DNA of 62,334 nucleotides, the filler included. It is 11 parts of 11 records of this genome, joined end to end, with 100 filler letters (N's around TTAATTAATTAA, not from the genome) between each part and the next. Parts side by side here need not be neighbours in the genome. Positions count along the whole stretch, not along the records: positions 23,536 to 30,017 come from SRR7504441_3875; positions 30,118 to 35,237 come from SRR7504441_3876; positions 35,338 to 41,546 come from SRR7504441_3879; 8 more parts are not named here. One strand, 5' to 3'. Below the pieces are notes generated by a model. It searched no databases, was not told the DNA's origin, and saw only the letters and a list, made by a program, of their open reading frames with translations. The translations under genes and the position numbers were made by a program. Shown here in pieces: positions 26,501-37,152 of the stretch (positions are counted from its first letter, which is position 1; every line of letters starts with the position of its first letter).

Positions 26501-29389
26501 TTGTTGCAACTTGGTCTCTTCCGATGCTTCAAGCTTTGCACGGCTCAGTGCCTGCTGTGCCTCTGCGAACTCCGCTTGAGCACGTACCTGTGCCTCAGCG
26601 GCGCCTTGGGCAGCGGTTGTGTCGCTGGCTATTGCCTGTCGCGTAGCAGTAGCACCTGCCTTGAGTTTCTGTAGGCTTTTGATCTCTGACTTGGCTTTGT
26701 CCTTGGCTAGCTTCATCTGGCCCTCCTCTGTCATCTTCTTGTTCTCAAGAGCTGTAGCTTGCGCCTGCGCCTGGGCGTTCTGCTTCTGAATCCTCTGCAC
26801 CTCACGCTTGGCTTGCCCCGTGGCTTCCTTCTTCTTGTCGCTCTCCAGCTTGAGCCTCGCTGCTTCGCTGCTTTGCTCTAATGCATTCTCGCGCTGCAGG
26901 TCCGCCTCAACTTGATCAACCTTCAGTTTTTGCTCGGCGTCTGCAGCTACATCGACATCCTTCTGCTCCGTCGCAGCCTTCTGCTGTCGAGCTTCCCGCA
27001 TAGCCAGGCTCGATGCTGCCTGGTTCTGCTTGGCTTTTGCCAAGTCGGCCTGGGCCTGCTGCTGCTGCCGCTTGAGCTTGGCCAACTCAGCCTTGTCCTG
27101 CGCAGCCGCAGCTGCCATCTGCTTCATGCCCTGCTTCTGCGCGTCAAGGTCCTCATCTGCCTTGTCCTTATCATGGCGCATAGTTGCGATGGCCTGCTTC
27201 AGCCCATTCAGGTCAGCTTGGATTGTGGCCGCATTCTCTCTGTTGGCCTCCTCCTCCTTCTTCAGCCTGCTCTCGCTGTCCATCGCCTCTCGCAGCTGCT
27301 CTTTCAGCACAGCCAGCTGCACCTCCGGCGACTGCTCGGCACTAGCTGAGCTCTCGCTCGCCCTCATGGCCTGGTCCTGTGTAGACTCGGCTGCCTGCGC
27401 CGCCTGGTTGGTCTGCTCCAGAGCGGACTCGGCTGATTGAGCTGCGAGCACGGCCGTTTGCTTGCTCGAAGCAGTGTTGCTCCTCTGCAAGTCTAGCTCT
27501 TGCAACTTGGACTCGGCAGCAGCCAGCTGCTGCTCGGCCTCTTTGACGGCCAGCGCGGCCTGCTGCTTGGCATCTGTCGCCAGCTTACCCGGAGAGACCT
27601 GCGCATCCTGTTCCATTTGGCGTTCTCTCTTCAGCGCTGCCTGCACGGCAGCTTTCTGCTCGGGTGTCTGTTCCTTGCTGATATGCTGCTGCTCAGCTTC
27701 CGGAAGCGACTCCGGGCGCACCGGCGGGCTGCCTGGCTGGCACTGCCGCGTGTTGCAATCCCGCTGCTCGTGGAGCTCCGGGCAGCCCGCGCCCCCGTTC
27801 CTGCTCGCAGTAGCCACACGGCGAGCCCTGGTCTGCCGGCCTCCGTCGCCACACGGCTGGGTGCAGTTGCCCCACGGGTCCCAACTGGACACCTGCCCCC
27901 TGGATCAGCTGCCGACCCGGGCTGGGCCCACCTTGCAATCTTGCGGCTCAGCGCAGCCCTGAGTGTTGCACTCCTCGGAATCGATCACAGAGCCACACTG
28001 CTCGCCGTCAGGCGATGGAATTGTGATCACCACGCGCGTGCGGGTCTTCTGGCCGCCGCCGCATCCCCGATCACACTGACTGAATGCTGTCCATTCTCCG
28101 AGCTTGCAGTCTACAGCCGCCGAGCATGGATGCGTGTTGCAAGTCATGTTCTGGGCCAAGGCAGGGCACACGGCTGGATCGGCCCCGCTGAGCATCTGCC
28201 GGGTGCGGGTCTGGATGCCGCCACCACACTCGCGGGAGCAAGGCCCAAAGTTGTTGGTCCACTCTTCGACTTGGCAGTTTGAGCTGCAGCCCTCCGGCTG
28301 ACAGCTCTGGCTCTCCTTGGCCACTTTGCAGCTCCCGGTCCGGGTTCGAGTGCGAGTCCCGCCGTCGCAGGTGGCCGAGCAAGCCGACCAGTTGCCCCAT
28401 GTGCCCTCGATGCAGTTGTCGCCAGCGCACGCCTGCCCACCCCGTCAGCACCGAACGCCCAAACCACTCACGTAAGAGTTGCAGCTCTGCATTTCTTCTA
28501 GAGCCCCGCAGCCGGCCCCGGCCCCTTGGCTCGGTCTGACCACCGTCCGGCTCCGGCGCTGCTCTCCACCGTCGCACTCCGCCGAACATTCGGACCACTT
28601 GCTCCAGACGCTCGTCTCACAGTCGACTGCGCACGGCGCCGTGTTGCAGCTGATCGTCTGACTCAACTCGGGGCAGCCGAGCCCCCCATTGGCTGGGGCC
28701 GAGAGCATAGATCGCGCCCGGCTCTTGCGCCCGCCGCCACACTTTGCGTCGCACTGCGCCCAAGCTTTCCACGGGCCGACTTCGCAATCGGTGGCCGGCT
28801 CGCACGGCTGGTTGTTGCAGCCCTGGGTCTTGGAGAGCCCGGCCTTGGGGCACGGGCTGCCGTTGTTGGCCGGCTCGCGGGTCACCAGCCGAGTACTCAG
28901 CTGCCGGCCGCCGCCGCAGCTGCGCGAGCATGGGCTCCACTCGGACCAGGGCGAGATCTCGCAAGCGACCGGCTTGGCGCAACCCTGGGTGTTGCACTGG
29001 CGCTTCTCGACCAGCTTGGGGCAAGAGTACCCGCCCGGCCCCGGGGGGACGGCCACAACCCGGGTGCGCACCTGCTCGCCCCCGCCGCAAGAGCGGCTGC
29101 ACCGGCCAAAGTCTCCCCAGGCCGTCACCCGGCAGTTGGCCGGGGCCGGGCCGGGCTTAAGCCCGAGCTGCTGCTTGAGTCCTTCGATCTGGCACGGCTT
29201 GAGCTGCAGCTTGCCGCAGTCCTCGCCCGATTGCTTGCACAGGAGCACCTTGTCGCAATCGGAGATCGTCCGATTCGGCCCGGCCTCCGGCTTCTCCTGA
29301 AGCAGCGCCCGGCCCGGGCCCATCGACCCGTCCGCCGAGCACCCTACCAGCAGCCCGGAGAGAGCCACTACCAGAGCCCTCGCCACCAT
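23536..29389 (-). CDS. Giant secreted protein: signal peptide, 8 spondin-type TSP1 repeats, ~1250-aa coiled coil, PT-rich linker, furin-like Cys-rich repeats (3' truncated)
   Basis: MVARALVVALSGLLVGCSA; eight C..W..W..C...C.GG...R.R units; A/K/E/Q-rich 1372-aa ORF; PTNPPTPPTNVPTHPP; CVATCP/CVTACP/CVPSCP repeats. Three GT-AG introns join the ORFs. Confidence 0.85.
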
Positions 29390-29640
29390 TGCTGGGAAAA
29401 TGAGAAATAAAGTCCCAACAGATCGAAAAGCGTTTAATCCCGATTTCTTTCCTTTTAAGGGAAAAATCATATTTTTGTGTTACTAAAAATAAACCAAATT
29501 ATAACCTAACAATCGAACTGCTGAATCAGGGCTGAAATCCGCTGGGCCGCCCGTGGAATTCGAGCAATCCTCCGCGCAACATTGCCTGTCTGGCCGGGAC
29601 AATCCACTCCGGTTTGGCTAGGGCGAGCGCGTGAGCCGCG

Positions 29641-30017
29641 ATGCCGGTACCCTCCCACTCACCCCCCCCCCCGCCGAGGACGCCCCCGCGGGCTTGATCT
29701 CCGGCTTTGCCCTTCGGCCGCCTCGTCTAGGGACACACCTCTGAGACTGGCGGGCAGGCTCTATCGATAGAAGAGCTTTTCAACTTGTTTGACACGGATG
29801 GGAACGGCAAGCTCGACACCTCGGAGCTGCAGGCACCCGGCCCGGGCCGCCCGCCTGACCGCGGGGGCAGTCGGCGGTGCGGAGTCTCACAAGCTCTAGC
29901 TCCTGGGACCAGGAAGCGGGTCGGCAGTGGACCCCGGAGAAGGTGGCGGCGCTCGTCAACGCGGCCGACTCGGACGGCGACGGGACGATTAGCTTGTCCG
30001 AGCTCAAGTCGGCCTTC
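29641..30017 (+). CDS. Small EF-hand protein (3' truncated)
   Basis: FNLFDTDGNGKLDTSEL and ADSDGDGTISLSEL, joined by a GC-AG intron at 29833-29870. Confidence 0.75.
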
Positions 30018-30117
30018 NNNNNNNNNNNNNNNNNNNNNNNNNNNNNNNNNNNNNNNNNNNNTTAATTAATTAANNNNNNNNNNNNNNNNNNNNNNNNNNN
30101 NNNNNNNNNNNNNNNNN

Positions 30118-30426
30118 GGGGGGGGGGGGGCGTCAACTGACCGCCTCGAGCTCGTCGAGCGCCTTCCGCTCATACGCCTGCCCCAGCCGGACCGGTCAGC
30201 CCGGTCGGCGCCGGTGGTCGACACCTCCCATTCCTTGTACTTGCCCCCGACGTACGCGCCAGCCCCCATCCAAACCACGTGCATCCACGGATCTGGCGGC
30301 CGGCTCAGCGGATCGGTCGGGCAGGGCAGGCGCACCGCGCGTCAGCGGCACCTTACGCACCGCGTTGGCAAACATCTGGACGCTCAGCCCGCCCAATGCG
30401 CCCACCACCCCGGCCGCTGTAGCCAT
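30118..30426 (-). CDS. NDUFC2: Complex I accessory subunit B14.5b/NDUFC2-like (3' truncated)
   Basis: Spliced MATAAGVVGALGGLSVQMFANAVRKVPLTRDPWMHVVWMGAGAYVG matches the plant/fungal-type pattern G...Q..SNALRKLP..R.PWEHV..MG.G. Confidence 0.8.
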
Positions 30427-30495
30427 GTTTTCAACGGACGACCTCATCCGAGAGGGTACATGCCGCAGCCCCTCACTGACAACACCGCCTGAGGG

Positions 30496-31902
30496 ATGTT
30501 GGAGTTTGGGGCGGGGAGCGCCGACATCACGCCGGATCTGGGGGCGCCGATGATGGGCCAGCTGGTGGCCTACCCAAACACCGGGGTCGAGAGCCCGCTG
30601 CGTGCGCTGGCGATGGCCCTGCGCGAAGGCGGGTGCACTGGGCTGTTCGTGGTGCTCGATCTGCTGATGATGAGCAACCAGGACGCCGAGGCCGCCAGGC
30701 AGGCGGTGGCCGCCCGGACCGGAGTGGACCCGGAGGCGGTGGTGGTCAGCGCCACCCACACGCACTCCGGGCCTAGCACGATGCCGGTCTTCGGACAGCC
30801 CAAGAACCAATCATACCACCAGAAGATGATCGACGGCGCGGTGGCTGCGGCCGAGCAGGCGGTGGCTGGGCTTCAGCCGGCCCAGGTGGGCTGGGCCGAG
30901 GGCCGGTGCCCTGGATACGGGTTTAATCGGCGTTTCCGGATGGCCGACGGCTCGGTGGAGACGCACCCTCTCAAGTTCGACCCGCTGACGGTGAGCAAAG
31001 AGGGCCCCGACTCCGAGGCGATCCACCTGCTGGCGGCAGCTGCAGTGGACAGTCCGGACGAGTGGCTTGGGTCGGCTGTTTTCTTTGGCTGCCACCCGAC
31101 CGTGATGCCCCGGGTCAACACGAAGATCAGCGCCGACTACCCGGGGAAGGTGCGCGAGGAACTGGAGATGGCCGGACCGGGCCGGGCGCTGTTCTTCCAG
31201 GCGGCCTCGGGAAACATATGCCAGTGCAACACGCTCGAGGTGTGCAGGCCGTGCGAGCTCGGGACAGAGCACTGCCGCACGATGGGCAAGGGGATTGCCA
31301 ACTGTGCTCTCCAGCTCAGGCAGACTCTAGAGTCGGGCCCGGGCCGGCTGGTGCTCGGGAACCAGACGATCGCCGTCCGCAGGCGGGCGCTGGAGCCGGA
31401 GCTGCTGCGCTGGGCCGAGGAGCACCAGGAGGTCGAAGGACTCGAGACGCCGCCGCTATCAGACTACGGCACTGAGAGGTTTGGGAGCGGGGCGCTGAGC
31501 CTGGAGAGCTTCTTCAAGTCGGCCTGGTGGGCCAACATGTATGCCAGGGAGCTGCGTGGGCTGCAGCGGGATTTCGAGCAGCAGCAAGGCGTGCAGTCAT
31601 TCCGGATTTCAGTGCTTGCATATGGTGCCCGCTGGGCTATAGTTAGCCTGCCGTGCGAGCTGTTCGTAGAGCACTCGCTGGCGATAGCGCACGGCTCGCC
31701 GTTTGCGCACACGGCGCTGAATACGCTGGCAAACGGGCACTGCGGGTACTTGCCGACTCGGGAAGCGTTTGAGCGGTCGGGGGGGTATGAGACAAAGAAT
31801 CTGAGCTCGACCTACCTGGTGCCGGAGGCTGGGGAGCAGGTGGTGGCCAGCTGCCTCGAGCTGCTCCAGAAGTTGTTCCAAGAGGCGACAGAAGGATCGT
31901 AG
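30496..31902 (+). CDS. Bacterial-type neutral/alkaline ceramidase N-terminal-domain-like metallohydrolase; intronless
   Basis: GAGSADITP, SATHTHSGP, FNRR, FGCHPT, ISADYPG, FFQAASGN, LPCELFVE, GYLPTREAF..GGYE. Confidence 0.82.
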   Translation: MLEFGAGSADITPDLGAPMMGQLVAYPNTGVESPLRALAMALREGGCTGLFVVLDLLMMSNQDAEAARQAVAARTGVDPEAVVVSATHTHSGPSTMPVFGQPKNQSYHQKMIDGAVAAAEQAVAGLQPAQVGWAEGRCPGYGFNRRFRMADGSVETHPLKFDPLTVSKEGPDSEAIHLLAAAAVDSPDEWLGSAVFFGCHPTVMPRVNTKISADYPGKVREELEMAGPGRALFFQAASGNICQCNTLEVCRPCELGTEHCRTMGKGIANCALQLRQTLESGPGRLVLGNQTIAVRRRALEPELLRWAEEHQEVEGLETPPLSDYGTERFGSGALSLESFFKSAWWANMYARELRGLQRDFEQQQGVQSFRISVLAYGARWAIVSLPCELFVEHSLAIAHGSPFAHTALNTLANGHCGYLPTREAFERSGGYETKNLSSTYLVPEAGEQVVASCLELLQKLFQEATEGS

Positions 31903-32072
31903 CCCCCCTACAGTACAAAAATTAATATTAAGTACGGTAGATTGTGTTAGTTATTGCAGCCGGTCACTTTGTTTTGATACAATCATGATCAGCGACAATC
32001 GATTCTATCTCGGTGGGCAATGCACCCATTGTGGGGCGCACGAGACGACTGATAGCTTTATTTTGGGCAAGG

Positions 32073-32704
32073 TCACTCTACCGTTAGGATCTTGAAGTCG
32101 CCAAGCCCTTCCCTCTCTGAGAAATTGGCGCCAAACACCAACAAGTCGTTTCTAAAGTGCGACCGGGCCACCTCGTCGTCATCCACGTCCCAACCGAACG
32201 CCTGCTCGCTCAGAAATCGCACCGCAGCGGTCATGGCCTGCGGGCCCTCCAGCCCCATGCTGCTCAGTTCCTCTGGGTCGTGATCATCCAACGGCCCACT
32301 GAAGCCCACGAGATAGTGCTCGATGCCCCGGAACTCCACCGACGTGTCCATTGTCCGGCGCACCAGCCTGCCCCGCCCGCTCGCCCGGCCGCCGGTGCCA
32401 GTAGCACCGAAAGTCGCTGTCCTCCTGACCGGCCTCAGTAATTGTCTTGTACAGCGGAGGCGACAGCAGCGTCTGCATGTGCTCCAGGTTCTGCAGCCCG
32501 CGGTCACCCGCAGCCGGCCGGCGGTCGCGCCTCCTTCTGAGTTATCTCTAAAGAGAAGAACTTATATGCCGCGGTGGCGCCCTCCAGGAACTCCTCGACA
32601 GTAGGCATACCAGGGGCGTGGGCGGCCTGGGTGGTCCAGGACATCGAGGTCACGCTGTGCGCCACCTGGGCACCCAGCCGCGGCACCACCAGCTTCCAGC
32701 TCAT
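32073..32704 (-). CDS. Tim44-like/MAIP1-like mitochondrial protein (tentative)
   Basis: EEFLEGATAAY..LEHMQTLLSPPLYKTI. Introns at 32491-32530 (GC-AG) and ~32368-32407 restore the frame to the stop at 32073. Confidence 0.5.
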
Positions 32705-32915
32705 TGCCCGGGCGTCGCGGACATGTCGCGATCGGAGTTGCAGTGCTCGTCTACAGTTCGTAACGGAACTTGAAATACATAGTCTACTGACGCATATGCG
32801 CATAGTAGATCTACTTTAGTCGTAATCAATTTACGGTAATTCCACTAGCTTATTGTATTCTAAAACGTATAATTGTGGTATTATTAGGGTATGCAAGGCT
32901 GCAAGCTACGTAGGG

Positions 32916-35228
32916 TCAATGGTTCTTCCAATAGAGGCTCATCAACAGCTCCCCTTTGGTGACGTCTTCAAGCATCCACTTGTGCTCGATAGAACCTGAA
33001 TTGAGTACAACATCCAGAATCGGGATTTCAACACGCCCCAAGAGCCTGTCGCCGTCCGCCTGGTCGAGTAGCACTACTAGTAGAGTGTCTGTGTGATAAT
33101 CCTCCACCGCGAAGAAAAACAACTCCTCCCACACCACAGTATCCCCCGCATTCCTTTTAGATGCTGTGCTTCGCTGCAGCTCGGATCGGATAGAAAGAAG
33201 AGCATAGGGCTGCTGCGATTCACTGTGCTGCAGCTTCTGAGCTTGTTGCAAGAATACAGTCATGATTCCACCACTGCCGATGCTGCTAGACGTACGCGCC
33301 AGACTCTCTGGCTGTGTCCGCCGCACTGCTTGAAGCTCGGTTGCGGAGAGTGTCGTGTGGTCAAGGACTTGCATGTTACTAGCTTCATTCACTAGTCTGT
33401 GACCCTTGAGGTCTGTCAGCGGTAGCCAGTAGCCGGTTGCTTCTAGTTCGACCAGCGAGACTCCTGTGGCCTGGTCGATTTCTTCCCGCCCAGTGGACAC
33501 AATCATGCTGCCTGGCAAAGCTCGCTCTTCAGGCACGCGATCATAAAAGTCGGCTGTATACCGGAATAAAACAGCGTCAGGACCACACAACTGATATGTC
33601 GACCCGACACTTGGGGGCGCTGCCCCGATTTCATTCCACTCGAGCCTAACCATAAGTACCCCAGACTCGACGTCCTGAAGGGCATACTCTTTCTCGACTG
33701 CTCCTGCATGAATCGCCTCGCCCACTTTCGCGACTGCAGAACCCATGAAGTCCCGGCCGACCGAGTCATCGTCCCAACAGCTCAGGTACAGGCCTTGGAG
33801 CTGTGCATTCCGCACCACAAAACGAAAGTGGGATTGCCAGGTCGGATTGAGAGTCTTGCGACAGATGTGGGTCTGCTGCTCTCGTTCGTCGCCTCTCTTG
33901 CCCATTGAGACTACCACATAAGGATCGGATAACCCACTTGCGTCACGAGGGACGAGATTCACACCCTCCTTGACGTGCACTGTGAGCACTCCGTGGCTGC
34001 CATCAGCAAGTGGCTGCTGCGGCTGGACAGTTTGCCATTCGAGCTCCAAGTGCAATTTACCGGTCACAGTCCCATCCGAGCCCAGAATGCTCTGCCACCT
34101 ATGCGCCCTCCAAGGCTTCCCCACTGAGCCTAAAGCTGGCTCGATTTCTAGCTTTCCAGTTGTCTGATCTGAGAACAAGCAATCTCGCTTGATGGTTATC
34201 AATATTCGTTGCTGCGTGAGGTCTTTAATGTTGAGCTCGGCTGCATTATCTTGCCCTGGGAAGCGGTAGTCCGGCCCAACTGCCATCCCAGTAGTAAACT
34301 GCTGGTCTGCAGCAGTCAGCCCAGTGCAGATCTTTGCGTAGATCTTATCATGCTTGGTACAGTTCCTCAGGTGACGGGCCTCGATCACCTTCACAACCAT
34401 CACGCCAGAGATGGGATCCGACCATCCGACCTCCGGCTGCGTTTGATTTGGAGCCGCCATTGCTATTCTGTGCTCCTTGGGGTATCTGTACCATTTGCAA
34501 CATTCTTGAAGCGTCGACACGAGGTACGCCGAGAGGAGAGTGAGCTCTCCCAGCCAGTTGGCGGCCTGCAGCCCAAAGTCCAGATGTGGCTCCTTGGTCA
34601 GCGTGACTGCCAGGGTTTCAAAATAGGGCAGGGCTGCACTGGTTGGCTTGCGGAGGATCAGCCGCAACGCGACCTCACATTGCAGCTGTGTTATCAGGAC
34701 TGTGATGGGAGACGAAAGCCTCTTTAGCTGGCATGCGACGCTGATGTGCTCGTCAGTCGCAACGAACTGCAAACTCATGTCCAGATGGATCTCATCTGTG
34801 GAGGTGACAGCCTTGACACCAGAAACCACAGCTGGCGAGGTGCCAAGGTCGCAGCAGCTGAACGTGATGCCCTTGATTTCGGTCGGCAGATACCAATTGA
34901 TGAGCGGCTCCAGCACTTGCACCACCGCCTCCCCCACAGGCACTTTGAGCTTAGGCCACAGCCCGGCCACTGTGCTGTTGAGCCATCGGGCAGACTCTAC
35001 ATCCTGCCACTCAGCCCACGGCGGGACACGCAGCCCTTGGTACAGCTGCTCCAGCCCAGGCTGATCAAGCTCGACCTCCCGACGGATGCGCACCGCCTGT
35101 TCTGACCTGCGATTCCTGCGCCACTGAATGAAGAGGGCGACCCCGAGAATCGCGAACGCGACCACTGGGTTGAAGCCTGCCGCGCCCAGCACGAAGGCGA
35201 CCACCAGCGCCAGCGCCTCGCCTCCCAT
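32916..35228 (-). CDS. Extended synaptotagmin-like protein (TM hairpin, SMP domain, 3 C2 domains); intronless
   Basis: PPWAEWQDVESARWLN SMP start; LTVHVKEGVNLVPRDASGLSDPYV..KTLNPTW..WDDDSVGRDFMG C2 domain. Confidence 0.88.
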   Translation of the reverse strand: MGGEALALVVAFVLGAAGFNPVVAFAILGVALFIQWRRNRRSEQAVRIRREVELDQPGLEQLYQGLRVPPWAEWQDVESARWLNSTVAGLWPKLKVPVGEAVVQVLEPLINWYLPTEIKGITFSCCDLGTSPAVVSGVKAVTSTDEIHLDMSLQFVATDEHISVACQLKRLSSPITVLITQLQCEVALRLILRKPTSAALPYFETLAVTLTKEPHLDFGLQAANWLGELTLLSAYLVSTLQECCKWYRYPKEHRIAMAAPNQTQPEVGWSDPISGVMVVKVIEARHLRNCTKHDKIYAKICTGLTAADQQFTTGMAVGPDYRFPGQDNAAELNIKDLTQQRILITIKRDCLFSDQTTGKLEIEPALGSVGKPWRAHRWQSILGSDGTVTGKLHLELEWQTVQPQQPLADGSHGVLTVHVKEGVNLVPRDASGLSDPYVVVSMGKRGDEREQQTHICRKTLNPTWQSHFRFVVRNAQLQGLYLSCWDDDSVGRDFMGSAVAKVGEAIHAGAVEKEYALQDVESGVLMVRLEWNEIGAAPPSVGSTYQLCGPDAVLFRYTADFYDRVPEERALPGSMIVSTGREEIDQATGVSLVELEATGYWLPLTDLKGHRLVNEASNMQVLDHTTLSATELQAVRRTQPESLARTSSSIGSGGIMTVFLQQAQKLQHSESQQPYALLSIRSELQRSTASKRNAGDTVVWEELFFFAVEDYHTDTLLVVLLDQADGDRLLGRVEIPILDVVLNSGSIEHKWMLEDVTKGELLMSLYWKNH

Positions 35229-35425
35229 CGAGCCCAGNNNNNNNNNNNNNNNNNNNNNNNNNNNNNNNNNNNNNNNNNNNNTTAATTAATTAANNNNNNN
35301 NNNNNNNNNNNNNNNNNNNNNNNNNNNNNNNNNNNNNCAGCAGCACCGGCTGGCTACACCGTTACAGCAAGATCTCCACCAATAGTCAGCGATCGTTGAA
35401 GAAGGAGACTGCTGGGTTGCTCATC

Positions 35426-36918
35426 ATGGCATCTCTCCGTGTACTGGCTGTGCTCTTGCTTGCATCCGGGGCGGCGAGCCTGAGCTGCTCCACGCTCAAG
35501 GGAGTTTACAAGTCCGCAGAATGTTGTGGCCTCGCGTCGGGAGCTTCCAGTGCCACGCAGGCTATCATTGAGAGCGTCGGGATCAGCCGCAGTCCGTGTC
35601 CCTCCCGCCCTCAAGCATTCGTGCCCAACAAGGCGAACGACGACCAGGGATGTATCGCACTCGGACTTCTCGGTGACTATTCTGGTCCTTACAAGCCCGC
35701 GACGCCCGCGCTGGAGGCCGGGATTGACCTATTTTGGGCGTGGATCAACCACCACGGCGGCATTGGCGGCTACAGCGTAGTGGTCAACGCCACTGCCGAC
35801 ACCAGCTACAACCCTGTCAAGCACGTTCAAGGGTACGAGCAGATGCGGGGCTCCGTGGCCGCTCTGGCCATGTCACTTGGCACCCCGCAGACCATGGCAA
35901 TCATGCAAAAAATGAACGATGACAGGTGATCCGCCGCTCCCGAGGTCTGCTCTTGAGGGCGGGGTGGGGGGCAGCATGGTGGCAGCGCCAATGAGCTGGT
36001 ACTCGGGCTGGTCGCATGACGAGGTCGACCAGGGCGCGGTACTCGAGTTTGGTTCGAGCTATTGCGCCGACGGAATGAATCTGGTGGACTACTTGCTCCA
36101 CGACCCGGACTCGACCGTGGAGCGTATCATGGCTGTGGGCTTCTCTGGGGACTATGGTGATGACTTCATCGCTGGGGTGTCCCGCGCCGCGACCAGGAGC
36201 AACCTCACTGTGGTGGAAACATACTCGGTGTCCGCAATGGTCTTCAATACATCTGCTGTGGTGCAAACAATTTCCGCCAAGCAGCCGGATGTGGTCTTTT
36301 TGGCAGTTTCTCCCACGCAATTGGCCGAGATCGTTGGTTCGTCGCTCGCTTTGATTGCACAAGGCAAGCTGAGCGCAAGCACCAAGTTTGCTATGGCAGC
36401 ACCATCGTTCAACGCGGCTTTCATGACACAGCCAGGTTTGGCTCCTTTGGCAGGTTTCCTGGCCACAAATGCCATCACCACTCAGCTCGGCAATCTCGGC
36501 GCCTACTCGCCTGGAAATGCGGACTTTGAGGAGGCAGTGGCCCTCTGGGGCTCGCCAGAACACAAGAATGGGTTCACAGCTGCAGGTTGCACGCATGTTG
36601 GGCCGGGCTATGACAGTGGTGTCGGCAGGCTGGAGCTCTCAGTATGCCCTCCGGAACGTGTTGCAAAAGGCAGTGCTTGCCAGCCCACACAGCGTCACCA
36701 GGCCGCTGATCCGCCAAGCTGCTTCTGGTCTCGCGACCGGAATGGACGGAATGGGAGAAGATATCATACTCAACAAGCTCCGGGCAAAGCATTCATACAT
36801 CGGCAAGCCAGATCCCAGCTCCACGACAGGAAGCGGCTGCGGTAGTCTCGACAGGTTTATGGGGCCAACTGCCAAGGCAGACCCGTTGAGCTCTCCGTGC
36901 ACTGCCTTATCGTTCTGA
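35426..36918 (+). CDS. Secreted periplasmic-binding-protein type 1 (branched-chain amino-acid ABC substrate-binding-like), 2 introns
   Basis: Signal peptide; LGLLGDYSGPY..FWAWINHHGGIGGY..DTSYNP..SLGTPQT; GDYGDD. Introns 35926-35974 and 36586-36628 join three ORFs. Confidence 0.8.
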
Positions 36919-37152
36919 AGAGGCACCTCAATTCATTATAGTATTTGATAGTGATAGAAGGACAACCATGAGCCGCACAATATTGGCTGCTTCATTAATT
37001 TTAGAATTGATAGCGTGCTAGACTAGAATAAACGTAATGTTAGAGCTCAATGCGGACATGCACAGAGGTATGAATAGTACTACTTACTGCGCATCTCGGT
37101 AGCTATATAGATTCGGATCCATGCATATGGTACATGTAATCTTGGCAATAGC

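Noticed and set aside
23850-27962. Many long plus-strand ORFs rich in Ser/Ala/Phe/Cys
   Set aside because: Antisense shadows of the coiled-coil exon. The same applies to most overlapping ORFs in GC-rich regions.
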